From an uncultured Thermococci archaeon (GTDB taxonomy: Archaea; Methanobacteriota_B; Thermococci; Thermococcales; Thermococcaceae), in contig CAZTOS010000020.1 in NCBI GenBank assembly GCA_964615185.1, positions 1-31,629 on the forward strand: a DNA stretch of 31,629 nucleotides. The letters are read 5' to 3'. Shown here in pieces: positions 16,716 to 27,146 of the stretch. How positions within the stretch are numbered: position 1 is the stretch's first letter; the number at the start of each line of letters is the position of its first letter. The notes under the pieces were generated by a model that worked only from the letters and a program-made list of their open reading frames with translations, made no database searches and was not told the DNA's origin. The translations under genes were made by a program, and so were the position numbers.

Positions 16716-17717
16716 TCACAGCATTTTTATGCTTTCAATTGGCCTGACTCTTAGCACGTCCTTGTTTACTAAATCCTCTGGAACCTCTCCTCTTAGAAGT
16801 TTAAGCAGATTTTTAACCGCTTGAAATCCCATATCTTCCATTGATTCTTTAGAGAGGCCAGCGTAATGAGGTGTTAAAACTGTCTCCCATTCCATCTCAA
16901 ACAGCTCGCTCTCCCGCGTGGGCTCCTTTTCAAAGACATCTGTCGCATAACCTTTCAGTTTTCCTTCTTTAAGAGCTTTAATCACAGCTTTTTCATCAAC
17001 TAAGACACCACGCCCGATATTTACAAGGTATTTGCCTTCCATGAGCTTGAGTGTTCTCTCGTTGATTATATGGTACGTCTCTTTTGTCGCTGGAAGTGCC
17101 AAAACAATGATGTCGCTCTGTTTAAGAACCTCCTCAAAGGGCAGATATTTTGCATTAACTTCCTTTTCTATGTCTTCTTTTCTGCTCCTCGACCAGTATA
17201 GAATTTCAGTTCCTAAGGCTTTGGCTCTCCTTGCTATCGCTTTTCCAATTGCTCCCATGCCTAAGATTCCAACTTTTTTGCCATAAACACTTTCAATATT
17301 CTTAAAGCTACTCCACACAAGCTTTGGAGATTCCCATTTCCCCTGTCTGATAAATTTATCCGAATAGGCTATCTTCTTAAGCAAAGCAATCATTAAGCCA
17401 ATGGCAAACTCCGCAACAACCTCACTCAAGACTCCGCTCACTTTAGTGACATAGATACCTTTTTTTGTTGCCATATCAATATCAACGTAGTCATAACCCG
17501 CTGAATGACAGCTTATAACCTTAAGCTTTTCAGCTTTTTCAAGGATTTCGGCGTCAATTCTATTGAGGGGTGAGACTATGAGAGCATCATATTGATGAAT
17601 CACCTCAATCAGCTCTTCTTTATGAGGATAAAGTAGAGTATCAACCTCACAGTATCTCCTGAGTTCCTCCAGTGGTTTGCTTTTCATCTTAAACAATACG
17701 GCAACTTTTGGTTTCAT
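16716..17717 (-). CDS. D-isomer-specific 2-hydroxyacid dehydrogenase (glyoxylate reductase-like)
   Basis: SAGYDYVD, GILGMGAIG, LVNIGRG, DVFEKEP, LTPHYAG. Confidence 0.95.
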   Translation of the reverse strand: MKPKVAVLFKMKSKPLEELRRYCEVDTLLYPHKEELIEVIHQYDALIVSPLNRIDAEILEKAEKLKVISCHSAGYDYVDIDMATKKGIYVTKVSGVLSEVVAEFAIGLMIALLKKIAYSDKFIRQGKWESPKLVWSSFKNIESVYGKKVGILGMGAIGKAIARRAKALGTEILYWSRSRKEDIEKEVNAKYLPFEEVLKQSDIIVLALPATKETYHIINERTLKLMEGKYLVNIGRGVLVDEKAVIKALKEGKLKGYATDVFEKEPTRESELFEMEWETVLTPHYAGLSKESMEDMGFQAVKNLLKLLRGEVPEDLVNKDVLRVRPIESIKML

Positions 17718-17819
17718 ACTATCACCTTTAGATGTTTATCGAAACGAGCTAATAAATCTTTTTGATTCAAAGCGAAAAATTAAAAACTTCTTCTGAAGTC
17801 TTAAGGGGTAGGTGGTGTT

Positions 17820-19262
17820 ATGAAGGTAGAGCGAAACAAATGGCAGAACAACTTCAGTGAGTGGTACAATGAGCTTATTGAAACGGCCGGAATACAAGAT
17901 AAAAGGTATCCGGTAAAGGGAATGAACATCTGGTTACCTTATGGCCTTAAGATAATGAGAAACATCGAAAAGTTCATCCATGAAGAGATGGAGAGAACAG
18001 GACATCAAGAAGTCTTATTCCCAGCTTTAATTCCAGAGACAGAGTTCCAAAAGGAAGCCGAACATATAGCTGGATTTGAAGGAGAGGTGCTGTGGGTCAC
18101 CCATGCAGGTCTTAATCCTCTTGATGTCAGGTTAATTCTAAGACCAACAAGTGAAACCGCAATGTATCCAATGTTCGCGCTTTGGATTCGCTCTCACGCA
18201 GATTTACCATTCAAAATATACCAGATTGTCAATGTTTACAGATACGAGACAAAGCATACGAGGCCACTGATCAGAGTTAGAGAAATCAGCAGATTCTTCG
18301 AAGCTCACACAGCCCACGACAGCTTTGAGGATGCAGAGAGGCAGATAAAAGAGGATTTAGAGATATTTGACAACTTGGCTAAGAAGCTTGCATTACCCTA
18401 TATAGTCTCAAAAAGACCAGAATGGGACAAGTTCCCAGGAGCTTATTACTCCCTCGGTGCAGAGGTCATAATGCCCGATGGGAGGACTCTGCAGATAGGA
18501 ACGATGCACCACTATAAGCAGAACTTCGCAAAAGCATACAACATAATGTACGAGAAAGAAGATGGAACCCATGAATACGTTCACCAGACAACCTATGGAA
18601 TGAGTGAGAGGCTTCTCGCGGCGGTCATTGGTGTTCACGGCGACGATAGGGGAATGGTTCTCCCACCAACAATTGCACCAATTCAAGTGGTCATAGTTCC
18701 AATTCCAAAGAAGGACTCACCATATGATGTTTTCGCCTATGCAAGAGAGATTGCTGAGGAGCTTAAGACCGCTGGCATAAGGGTTCACGTGGATGAGAGA
18801 GACATAAGGCCAGGAAGGAAGTTCTATGACTGGGAGCTTAAGGGCATTCCAGTGAGGATTGAAGTGGGGCCAAGGGATGTTGAAGGACAAAAGGCTGTGC
18901 TCGCAAGAAGAGACACCCTTGAGAAGTTCACAGTTGAGAGAGCTGAGCTTGTTGAAAAGGTCAGAGAAACACTTGATGCAATAATGGAGAACCTCTATGC
19001 AAGAGCTAAGGAGTTCCTTGACAGCCACATTAAGAGAGTTGACACACTTGAAGAGGCAAAAGAAATCTTTGAGGACAGAAGGGGAGTCGTTGAAATTCCG
19101 TGGTGTGGTGAGGAAAGCTGTGGGCTTGAGATGGAAGAAATCCTTGATGCAAAGATGCTTGGAATCCCATATCCAGAGGAAGAGGCAAAAATTAAAGGCA
19201 AAAAGTGTGCTCACTGTGGAAAAGAGGCAAGGTTTATTGCAAGGTTTGCAAGGACTTATTGA
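17820..19262 (+). CDS. proS: Proline--tRNA ligase, archaeal type
   Basis: [39 protein letters not shown]-terminal Zn site and FARTY. Confidence 0.98.
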   Translation: MKVERNKWQNNFSEWYNELIETAGIQDKRYPVKGMNIWLPYGLKIMRNIEKFIHEEMERTGHQEVLFPALIPETEFQKEAEHIAGFEGEVLWVTHAGLNPLDVRLILRPTSETAMYPMFALWIRSHADLPFKIYQIVNVYRYETKHTRPLIRVREISRFFEAHTAHDSFEDAERQIKEDLEIFDNLAKKLALPYIVSKRPEWDKFPGAYYSLGAEVIMPDGRTLQIGTMHHYKQNFAKAYNIMYEKEDGTHEYVHQTTYGMSERLLAAVIGVHGDDRGMVLPPTIAPIQVVIVPIPKKDSPYDVFAYAREIAEELKTAGIRVHVDERDIRPGRKFYDWELKGIPVRIEVGPRDVEGQKAVLARRDTLEKFTVERAELVEKVRETLDAIMENLYARAKEFLDSHIKRVDTLEEAKEIFEDRRGVVEIPWCGEESCGLEMEEILDAKMLGIPYPEEEAKIKGKKCAHCGKEARFIARFARTY

Positions 19263-19295
19263 ACTCGTCTTTTTCTTTTCTCTTGGTGATTTATC

Positions 19296-20894
19296 ATGAT
19301 ACTTGGAATTCACGACGGCCATGATGCTGGAGCAGTTCTAATTAAAGATGAGAAAATTTATGCAGTTAATGAGGAGAGGCTTAATCGAATTAAGCACTAT
19401 CGCGGCTTTCCAGAGCTGAGCATAACCAAAGTGCTTGAAATGGCAAAAGCAAGTCCGGAAGAAGTTGAAATCATTGCAGTTGCTGGTATCTTTAGAAAGC
19501 GCTCCCGTCTTTTGGAGCTTGAAAAGAACTTAGCGAAGATTTTTGGAAAAGATTTCAAGAGAAAAGTTCTCTATGTTGAGCATCACCTTGCTCACGCAGC
19601 CTCAGCTTACCTCACTTCCGGCTGGAGAGAGGCTTTAGCTTTAAGCATAGACGCCGCTGGAGATGGCTTAAGCTCATCAATTTACATCTGCAGAGATGGT
19701 GAGATGATTAGGATTGCTCAAAGCACGTATCTTGACTCTTTGGGAGACTTCTACGCATCGGTTACAGAGCTTTTGGGATTTAAGCCTATGAGACATGAGG
19801 GCAAGGTGATGAGCCTGGCAGCTTATGGAAAGCCGAGCTATGATTTATCCGCAATAATTGAGCTTAACGGATTGACATTTGAGAATCATATTAAAGTCGT
19901 TGGAATTAAAGCAACCAAAAAGCTTGCTGAATTTTTTAGGTTCCCATTTGAGAAAGCTAAGGAAGTTTCTGCCAACTTAAAGAGGGGGAAACTCAGCGGA
20001 GAATTAGAGCAGAAAGCCATTGAAATAGCAGCATCAGCTCAGAAGCATCTGGAAAAGATTGTAGATGAACTTGGGCTTAAGCTTACAAAGTATGGACTGC
20101 CCTTGGCTTATGCTGGAGGAGTTGCACAGAATGTCAAGGCGAACATGATCCTCAGAAGGCACTTTCCAGATTTGTGGGTGTTCCCAGCAATGCATGATGG
20201 TGGTTTAGCCTTTGGAGCTGCTATCTTTGTCAAATCCCAGCTTGAAAGATTGGATAGTAAGTGGAAGCCATTTAAGCTGAATCATGTTTATTTGGGGCCT
20301 TTCTATTCTGAGGGCAAAATTGAGGAGCTTTTGAGGAAAGAGGGAGTTGCGTATGAGGAAATCAACGATGTTCCCAGCTTTGTGGCTGATTCCCTAATTG
20401 ATGGAAAAATCGTTGCATTCTTCCAAGGAAAAATGGAGTTTGGACCAAGGGCTTTGGGTAACCGCTCTATTTTAGCTGACCCAAGAGACGAGAGCATTAA
20501 AGAAAAACTCAACTTGGCTTTGAAGAGGGATGTATTTCAACCATTTGCACCCACGATTTTAGAAAAGAGGATTAGCGAGTATTTGGTTGACCCATATCCA
20601 AACAAGTTCATGACGATGGGCTACTATGCCACAGAAGAATTTGCAAGGGAAGCCCCAGCCGTTCTTCATGTTGACGGCACGACGAGACCTCAGACTCTTG
20701 AAAGGGAAGATAACCCAAAGTACTATGACATAATTAGGCTCTTTGAAAAGCAGAGTGGAGTTGGTGCTGTGCTAAATACTTCATTTAATATGCACGGTGA
20801 GCCGATAGTTTGCTCACCCAGAGATGCCCTTAACAGTTTCAGAAAGGCAAGACTTAATGGATTAGTTTTGGAGAAGTTTGCTGTTTATTTGTAA
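19296..20894 (+). CDS. NodU/CmcH-family carbamoyltransferase
   Basis: GHDAGA, EERLNRIKH, EHHLAHAAS, EGKVMSLAAYG, AGGVAQNV, EFGPRALGNRSILADP, LNTSFNMHGEPIV. Confidence 0.95.
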   Translation: MILGIHDGHDAGAVLIKDEKIYAVNEERLNRIKHYRGFPELSITKVLEMAKASPEEVEIIAVAGIFRKRSRLLELEKNLAKIFGKDFKRKVLYVEHHLAHAASAYLTSGWREALALSIDAAGDGLSSSIYICRDGEMIRIAQSTYLDSLGDFYASVTELLGFKPMRHEGKVMSLAAYGKPSYDLSAIIELNGLTFENHIKVVGIKATKKLAEFFRFPFEKAKEVSANLKRGKLSGELEQKAIEIAASAQKHLEKIVDELGLKLTKYGLPLAYAGGVAQNVKANMILRRHFPDLWVFPAMHDGGLAFGAAIFVKSQLERLDSKWKPFKLNHVYLGPFYSEGKIEELLRKEGVAYEEINDVPSFVADSLIDGKIVAFFQGKMEFGPRALGNRSILADPRDESIKEKLNLALKRDVFQPFAPTILEKRISEYLVDPYPNKFMTMGYYATEEFAREAPAVLHVDGTTRPQTLEREDNPKYYDIIRLFEKQSGVGAVLNTSFNMHGEPIVCSPRDALNSFRKARLNGLVLEKFAVYL

Positions 20895-20933
20895 TTTTTC
20901 GGTGTCATTTTTTCCAAATCGAATATTTTACAG

Positions 20934-20950
20934 CGGCAAAATTATAAGCC
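20934..20950 (+). promoter_or_regulatory. Putative BRE-TATA promoter of the aminotransferase
   Basis: cggcaaaa-TTATAA about 35 bp upstream of ATG 20980, followed by GGTGA RBS. Confidence 0.55.
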
Positions 20951-20979
20951 TCAAAGCTGAGTTCATTTTGGTGATTCTC

Positions 20980-22149
20980 ATGGCATTAAGTGACAAATTG
21001 GAGTTAGTTAGAGTTTCTGAAATTAGGAGGCTTTTTGATTTGGCTCAAGGCATTAAGGGAATAATCTCATTAGGAATTGGAGAACCGGACTTTGACACAC
21101 CAGAGCATATCAAAGAGTATGCAAAAGAAGCTTTGGACAAGGGACTAACGCATTATAGCCCTAATGCTGGAATCTTAGAGCTTAGAGAAGCGGTTGCTGA
21201 AAAGCTGAAGAGGGATAATGGCATTGATGCAGACCCTAAAACGCAAATTATGATAACCATCGGCGCTAATCAAGCCCTACTGATGGGCTTTGCAACGTTT
21301 CTTAAGGATGAAGACGAAGTTCTAATTCCCTCACCAATGTTTGTCAGCTATGCTCCCGCTGTGATTTTAGCCGGAGGAAAGCCCGTTGAAGTCCCAACTT
21401 ATGAGGAAAATGAGTTCCGCCTGAGTGTTGATGAGCTTAAGAAATATGTAACTCCAAAAACGAGAGCTCTGATACTCAACAGCCCAAACAACCCAACTGG
21501 GTCAGTTCTAACTAAAAAAGACCTTGAAGAGATTGCAGATTTTGCAGTCGAGCATGATTTGATTATTTTGAGCGACGAAGTTTACGAGTATTTTGTCTAT
21601 GATGGCGTTAAGAACTACAGTATTGCCTCCCTTGATGGAATGTTTGAGAGGACTATCACAATAAACGGCTTCTCAAAGACTTTTGCAATGACTGGCTGGC
21701 GTTTGGGCTTCGTCGCGGCTCCAGAGTGGGTTATTGAGAAGATGGTTAGATTTCAGATGTACAATGCGACTTGTCCCGTGACGTTTGTTCAGTATGCGGT
21801 TGCCAAGGCTTTGAGGGACGAGAGGAGCTGGAAGGCCGTTGAGGAGATGCGCAAGGAATACGACAGAAGGAGGCAGATGGTCTGGAAGCGCTTAAATGAG
21901 ATGGGACTGCCGACAGTCAAGCCTAAAGGGGCGTTCTACATCTTCCCACGCATAAAAGACACTGGACTAACGAGCAAAGAGTTCAGCGAGCTTATGATTA
22001 AGGAAGCAAAAGTTGTAGTAGTTCCGGGAAGTGCTTTTGGACAAGCTGGAGAAGGTTACATAAGGATAAGCTATGCAACAGCCTATGAGAAGCTTGAGGA
22101 AGCTATGGACAGAATGGAAAAAGTGCTGAAGGAGAAGAAGTTAGTATAA
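20980..22149 (+). CDS. Class I/II PLP aminotransferase (aromatic amino-acid aminotransferase-like, 389 aa)
   Basis: SLGIGEPDF, NSPNNPTG, SDEVY, GFSKTFAMTGWRLG. Start reassigned to MALSDKL after GGTGA. Confidence 0.95.
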   Translation: MALSDKLELVRVSEIRRLFDLAQGIKGIISLGIGEPDFDTPEHIKEYAKEALDKGLTHYSPNAGILELREAVAEKLKRDNGIDADPKTQIMITIGANQALLMGFATFLKDEDEVLIPSPMFVSYAPAVILAGGKPVEVPTYEENEFRLSVDELKKYVTPKTRALILNSPNNPTGSVLTKKDLEEIADFAVEHDLIILSDEVYEYFVYDGVKNYSIASLDGMFERTITINGFSKTFAMTGWRLGFVAAPEWVIEKMVRFQMYNATCPVTFVQYAVAKALRDERSWKAVEEMRKEYDRRRQMVWKRLNEMGLPTVKPKGAFYIFPRIKDTGLTSKEFSELMIKEAKVVVVPGSAFGQAGEGYIRISYATAYEKLEEAMDRMEKVLKEKKLV

Positions 22150-22785
22150 TGTTATGCTCACTTTCCTTTCTTCATTTATGTCAATTACAGCATAATGTCC
22201 TCTGAAAAGAGGACCCGGGTTTACTATAAGCGTTTTTCCAATTTCATCAACTCCCCTCGCTTCGTGAATATGGCCGCAGATAACTAAAGGTGGCTGCTTT
22301 TCTTCTATGAATTTTCTTAAAGCTTTGCTCCCCACGTGAAGCCCAGTAAATGTCCTATCAACTTTTGTTTTGTATGGAGGAACATGCATAAGTAAAATGT
22401 CCCCCTCGCGGTAGTTTCTGTTTAGACTCTCCCAGATTTCATCGTCATGGAACTCCCAAATTGTTGAGAAGGGCGTTATGTTTGAGCCACCAAATCCCAC
22501 AATCCCAATTCCATTAATTTCAATTCTCTTGTTGTGAATACTGATTCCAAGTTCTTCAAGCAAATCCAAAACATCTTTGCCGTCACAGTTACCCATTACG
22601 GCATAAATGGGTCTATCAAGTTCCAAAAAGTAACTTAAAATCTTTCCTGCACTTTTCCTTCCTTTGAAATGTGTTATATCCCCGGCCATAAGGAGAGCAT
22701 CAAATTTTTCATCCTTTATTTTTTCTATGAGCCATTTCACTTTGTTTTCATTACCATGGATGTCTGTTGTCGCTATAATCCTCAT
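22141..22785 (-). CDS. Calcineurin-like metallophosphoesterase
   Basis: DIHG, GDIT, GNCD, HVPP, CGHIHE, VNPG. Confidence 0.93.
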   Translation of the reverse strand: MRIIATTDIHGNENKVKWLIEKIKDEKFDALLMAGDITHFKGRKSAGKILSYFLELDRPIYAVMGNCDGKDVLDLLEELGISIHNKRIEINGIGIVGFGGSNITPFSTIWEFHDDEIWESLNRNYREGDILLMHVPPYKTKVDRTFTGLHVGSKALRKFIEEKQPPLVICGHIHEARGVDEIGKTLIVNPGPLFRGHYAVIDINEERKVSITLY

Positions 22786-22951
22786 CTCTTCACCCCCGTA
22801 CTAATTTAGCAATCAATCCTTTAAGCGTTAGCCTTTAAATCTGTGAAGGACTGAGGCTTTGAAAAATTTGAAAGAATAAAAATGAACGATTGCATCTTTT
22901 CTTCTGAAGGAGCAGAGGAATAATTGGGAATGTCGGGAAAAAGACAAAGGA

Positions 22952-24142
22952 CTAATAGAGCACTACCTCAACTTCTTCTCCTTCTAAGTAGCCTTCGCTA
23001 TCCTCTGGAATCGTTATGTATCCATTGCTCTCCACTAAAGAGCTTATCAGTCCACTTCCACTTTTCCTTATTGGCTTTGCTTTTCCATCCTCATACCAAA
23101 CCTTAACGAACTCATACCTCCCCAAAGTTGATGAAACCTTTGCTGTCAGCTTTGCTTTAACTTTAGCTGGCTTGAAGTTTGCCCCAACAAGCTTTGCAAG
23201 AGCGTATTTGACGAAAAGATGGAACTGGGCAAAAACTGCAACCGGATAGCCGCTCATTACAAAAACCCTTTCTCCATATCCAACAGGTCTACCTGGCTTT
23301 ATTGTGGTTCCATGGAAGAGCAGATTAACAAAGCGGTGAGCGTAATCCTTGTCTCCAAATGCGCTACCTCCTGTGATTAAAACCAAATCACACTCGCTCT
23401 TAGCTTTCTCAAGACTTTCTTTGGTAATGCTTTCATCATCGGGTAAAACTCCGTAAAACATTGGCTCTCCGAAGTACTGCTTAACTAAGCCCTTCAGCAT
23501 TATTGAGTTGCTTTCTAAGATTTTACCGCTTTCAAGGGCTTTTTCGTCGAATTCCTCAATTAGCTCATCTCCCGTGATAATTATTCCAACTCTTGGCTTT
23601 CTCTTAACCTTCACCCTCTTTATTCCAACGCTTTTTAAAAGTGATAAATCCTGAGGTCTGAGGATTTGTCCTTTCTTGAGTATAATTTGACCCTTCTTTA
23701 TGTCTTCACCTTTGAAGGCAACGTTCTGTCCCGGAGCAACAGGTCTCAATACGTAGATTCTGTTTCCTTCTCTCTTCACGTGTTCCTGCATGATGACGGC
23801 ATTAGCACCTTTCGGCACTTTATTTCCCGTCGTGAGTTTTACAGCCTTTCCGTGTGTGACCTCTGCTTTACTCTCCATCCCTGCAGTTATCTCGTCTATT
23901 ACCTCTAATTCAACAGGGGCATATTCTCTCGCTTGGAAAGTGTCTTCAGCTCTTACAGCGTAGCCATCAACTGCTGAACGGTCGAAGGGCGGCGAATTTA
24001 TTGAACTTTTCACGTCCTCAGCGAGAACCCTTCCAAGAGCTTCATCCAAGCTTACTTCTTCAACATCTGGAATTTCAGTGATATCATTAATCATGAGCTG
24101 GAATGCCTCTTTATATGGCATGAGTTTTTTGAATTCGCGCAT
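22952..24142 (-). CDS. moeA: Molybdopterin molybdenum/tungsten transferase MoeA
   Basis: PPFDRSAVDGYAVRAED, TGDEL, ITGGSAFG, IKPGRP; ATG 24142 after GGTGA. Confidence 0.95.
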   Translation of the reverse strand: MREFKKLMPYKEAFQLMINDITEIPDVEEVSLDEALGRVLAEDVKSSINSPPFDRSAVDGYAVRAEDTFQAREYAPVELEVIDEITAGMESKAEVTHGKAVKLTTGNKVPKGANAVIMQEHVKREGNRIYVLRPVAPGQNVAFKGEDIKKGQIILKKGQILRPQDLSLLKSVGIKRVKVKRKPRVGIIITGDELIEEFDEKALESGKILESNSIMLKGLVKQYFGEPMFYGVLPDDESITKESLEKAKSECDLVLITGGSAFGDKDYAHRFVNLLFHGTTIKPGRPVGYGERVFVMSGYPVAVFAQFHLFVKYALAKLVGANFKPAKVKAKLTAKVSSTLGRYEFVKVWYEDGKAKPIRKSGSGLISSLVESNGYITIPEDSEGYLEGEEVEVVLY

Positions 24143-24189
24143 TTGAATCACCGAATTGCTTAGTTAAAACAACAGATTATGTAACTATC

Positions 24190-24699
24190 TCACTCTCTTG
24201 CGTGCTTTAGGATATGGTATGCTTCCTTCTTGATTATCTCAACCCCAGTTTTCACTGCATTCAAGCTGCCTGGCAAGCAAAAGACCACCTTGCTTTCTCT
24301 GTCCCTTACAATCCCAGCTGTTGCCCTTGTCAGCACAGCGGCTGTTCCTATTTCCTCAAAGCTTTTCAACCTAAAGATTTCACCAAAACCTGGGAGCTCC
24401 TTGTCAAAGAGGGGTCTTATCGCTTCAATTGTGACATCCCTTCTCGTTACTCCTGTTCCACCTGTTGTTATTATCACATCGGCCTTTTCAAGGGCTTCAA
24501 GCAGTGCTTTTAGGATTGCAAGTTTTTCATCTGGAACAATCTTGTAGTAAACGTTTTCATTCCCTACTTTCTTCAGTTCTTCAATTATGTAATAACCGCT
24601 TAGGTCTTCCCTTTTACCGGCACTTGCAGTGTCGCTGACCGTTATAACTGCAAATTTAAACTTCTTAGGGGCTTTTGCTTTGTGCTCCTCATGGGACAT
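24190..24699 (-). CDS. moaB: Molybdopterin adenylyltransferase MoaB/MogA family
   Basis: VITVSD, TTGGTGVTRRDVTIEA, PGFGEIFR, CLPGS; ATG 24699 after GGTGGTG. Confidence 0.93.
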   Translation of the reverse strand: MSHEEHKAKAPKKFKFAVITVSDTASAGKREDLSGYYIIEELKKVGNENVYYKIVPDEKLAILKALLEALEKADVIITTGGTGVTRRDVTIEAIRPLFDKELPGFGEIFRLKSFEEIGTAAVLTRATAGIVRDRESKVVFCLPGSLNAVKTGVEIIKKEAYHILKHARE

Positions 24700-24824
24700 T
24701 TTTACACCACCGTTTAACACTATGCAGATAGGTTAATAACTTTTAGGTTGGTTATCTGGAGTGGTTTCTTCAATCAGACCAAGAGCCGTTTGCACATCTT
24801 CTTGATTTCATGATGCCTTATTAT

Positions 24825-24872
24825 CGAAACCTTTAAAATGTATAATCTTGATTATATAATCATGATTACACA
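24825..24872 (+). promoter_or_regulatory. BRE-TATA followed by a 34-bp near-perfect palindrome covering the ATPase start
   Basis: cgaaac-ctttaaaa then tgtataatcttgattatataatcatgattacaca (24839-24872), self-complementary except for two base pairs. Confidence 0.7.
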
Positions 24873-26244
24873 AAAATTCGTGGACAGACAGGAGGAGCTC
24901 AAGATACTTAGGGATGCCTTTAGAAAGGGAGCCCTCGTAATAGTCTATGGGCGGAGAAGAGTCGGGAAAACGAGACTCCTTATCGAGGCATCCAAAGAGT
25001 TTAGAACCCTTTATCATCTCTGTAAAGAAGAGGAAGTTTCTGAAACCTTGAAATCTTTAAACTCAAAGCTTTTTTCGCTTACAAAGGATGAGACCCTACT
25101 CAAACACCCAATAACATCCTTCGAGGAGTTCTTCGAGAGACTGCCGGAGGATACTGTGATAATATTTGACGAGTTCCAGATACTCGCTAAGAATTACCCC
25201 CGAATACTCGGCGTCCTCCAAGAATACTGGGACTTCAGGAGAAAGGGAAGCCTTGTTCTCTGTGGCTCAAGCGTCTCCATGATGGAGGAGCTGACCTCTT
25301 ATGGAAGCCCCATCTACGGGAGGAGGACATTATCGCTTAAGGTTTCACCTCTGAAGTTTATTCATGTGAGGGAGTTCTTTCCCAGTTACAGCATGGAGGA
25401 TGTTGTTAAAGTTTACGGTGCCGTTGGTGGAATTCCCGAGTACCTCCTCCGCTTTGATATCCCACTACCACCGGAGGAGAACATAAGGGAGGGCTTTTTC
25501 AACAGAGGCTTCCTCTACGATGAAGCTGAATATCTCCTCCGATACGAGCTGAGGGATTTAAGCACCTACAACACGATACTTGAAGCTATCAGTTATGGAT
25601 ACAGGTCTTTCAACGAACTCAAAACTATAACTGGAATAGATGGCTCCAAGCTGACGCGGTACATCAGCATACTGATGAACCTCGACATCGTTGGTAAAGA
25701 GTTCCCGGTAACGGTTAAGCCCAAGAAAAGAAGGAAGAACTCCCGATACTTCATCAGGGACAACTACTTTGCATTCTACTATACTTTCGTCTATCCATTT
25801 AAAGAAGAGATTGAGCTTGGCATTCCAGAAGTTGCTGTGGAGAACTTTGAGCGGAATTTCAACCACTATCTTGGCTGGGTCTTTGAGGGAATAGCGAAGG
25901 AGTTCTTAGTTGAGCTTAACAAGGCCGGTAAATTGCCTTTCCGCTTTACGAAGATTGGGAAGTGGTGGCATAAGGGTGAAGAGATTGATTTGGTGGCTTT
26001 GAATGAGCGGGAGAGGAAAGCCTTGTTTGTTGAGGTTAAATGGAAAGACTTGAAAAATAGGGAAGCTAAGGGAATTTTGAAGGATTTGGAGAAGAAAAGC
26101 GAACTTGTAGGATTAGAGGGGTGGGAAAAGTTTTATGGATTAATTATAAAGAGCATAGAAAGGAAGGAAGAGCTTATAAGAGAGGGTTATTTAGTCTGGA
26201 GCTTAGAGGACTTCAAAAGGCTAAAGGAGGTGGAAAAGCTCTGA
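24862..26244 (+). CDS. Archaeal AAA+ ATPase (COG1672) with wHTH, DUF234 and C-terminal PD-(D/E)XK-like domain
   Basis: KFVDRQEEL, Walker A YGRRRVGKT, Walker B IFDEFQ, LCGSS, GGIPEYL, DNYFAFY, GKWW...EEIDLV...FVEVKW. Confidence 0.93.
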   Translation: MITQKFVDRQEELKILRDAFRKGALVIVYGRRRVGKTRLLIEASKEFRTLYHLCKEEEVSETLKSLNSKLFSLTKDETLLKHPITSFEEFFERLPEDTVIIFDEFQILAKNYPRILGVLQEYWDFRRKGSLVLCGSSVSMMEELTSYGSPIYGRRTLSLKVSPLKFIHVREFFPSYSMEDVVKVYGAVGGIPEYLLRFDIPLPPEENIREGFFNRGFLYDEAEYLLRYELRDLSTYNTILEAISYGYRSFNELKTITGIDGSKLTRYISILMNLDIVGKEFPVTVKPKKRRKNSRYFIRDNYFAFYYTFVYPFKEEIELGIPEVAVENFERNFNHYLGWVFEGIAKEFLVELNKAGKLPFRFTKIGKWWHKGEEIDLVALNERERKALFVEVKWKDLKNREAKGILKDLEKKSELVGLEGWEKFYGLIIKSIERKEELIREGYLVWSLEDFKRLKEVEKL

Positions 26245-26350
26245 GTGTTTTCTATCGAATGAGCAGCATTAAAGGTTATGAAAGCAGGAGGTCAATATAA
26301 CTCTCAGAGAACTTTTTAACATAAAACCGAATTCAATCATGGTGATCCTA

Positions 26351-27103
26351 TTGTATGAGCTTTACACCGTTTTAGCTGAGTATTACGATGCAATTTACCG
26401 ACGCAGGGTAGAGCGGGTTAGGGAGGAGATAGACTTTGTTGAGGAAATCTTTAGGAAAGATGCAAAAAGAGAAATCAAGAAGGTTCTTGACTTAGCTTGT
26501 GGAACTGGAATTCCAACGGTTGAGCTGGCAAGGAGGGGTTATGAAGTTACAGGTCTCGACCTTCATGAGGAGATGCTGACCATTGCTAAGAAGAAAGCGG
26601 AGAGAGAAGGTCTTAACATTGAGTTCATCCACGGCGATGCTCTTGATATAGACTTTGAAAATGAATTCGATGCAGTGACGATGTTCTTTTCAAGTATCAT
26701 GTATTTCGATGAAAATGCAATTAAACAATTATTTAATTCTACAATTAAAGCATTAAAGCCAGGAGGAGTATTTGTTGCGGATTTTCCGTGCTGGTATTAT
26801 GGAGGGAGTGATAAGCCAATAGTGTGGGATGCAGAAAAAGGCGAAGAAAAGCTAATAATAACAGACTGGCGTGAAGTTGAACCAGCGACCCAAAAACTAT
26901 ATTTTAAAAGGCTTGTTCAAATTATCAAACCGAATGGAGAGGTTAAAGCCTTCTTTGTCCATGATATACTCAACATCTACACAGTCAGAGAGATGAAGCT
27001 TTTAGCCAAAGAGTACTTTGAAGACGTGAAAATATATGGCAATCTCAAGAGGTCGCTAAGCCCTAACGACCGAAGATACTGGCTTGTTGGAGTTGCACCT
27101 TAA
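26351..27103 (+). CDS. Class I SAM-dependent methyltransferase
   Basis: VLDLACGTG, GLDL, FDAVTMF, LKPGGVF. TTG 26351 after GGTGAT preferred over ATG 26339. Confidence 0.93.
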   Translation: MYELYTVLAEYYDAIYRRRVERVREEIDFVEEIFRKDAKREIKKVLDLACGTGIPTVELARRGYEVTGLDLHEEMLTIAKKKAEREGLNIEFIHGDALDIDFENEFDAVTMFFSSIMYFDENAIKQLFNSTIKALKPGGVFVADFPCWYYGGSDKPIVWDAEKGEEKLIITDWREVEPATQKLYFKRLVQIIKPNGEVKAFFVHDILNIYTVREMKLLAKEYFEDVKIYGNLKRSLSPNDRRYWLVGVAP

Positions 27104-27146
27104 ACTTTTTAAACTCCGAGTTCATTTTTATTCTTTGGTGGTGCCT

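Noticed and set aside
22952..24699. moeA/moaB as part of the AOR island
   Set aside because: About 18 kb away inside the core-like block; general pterin cofactor genes.
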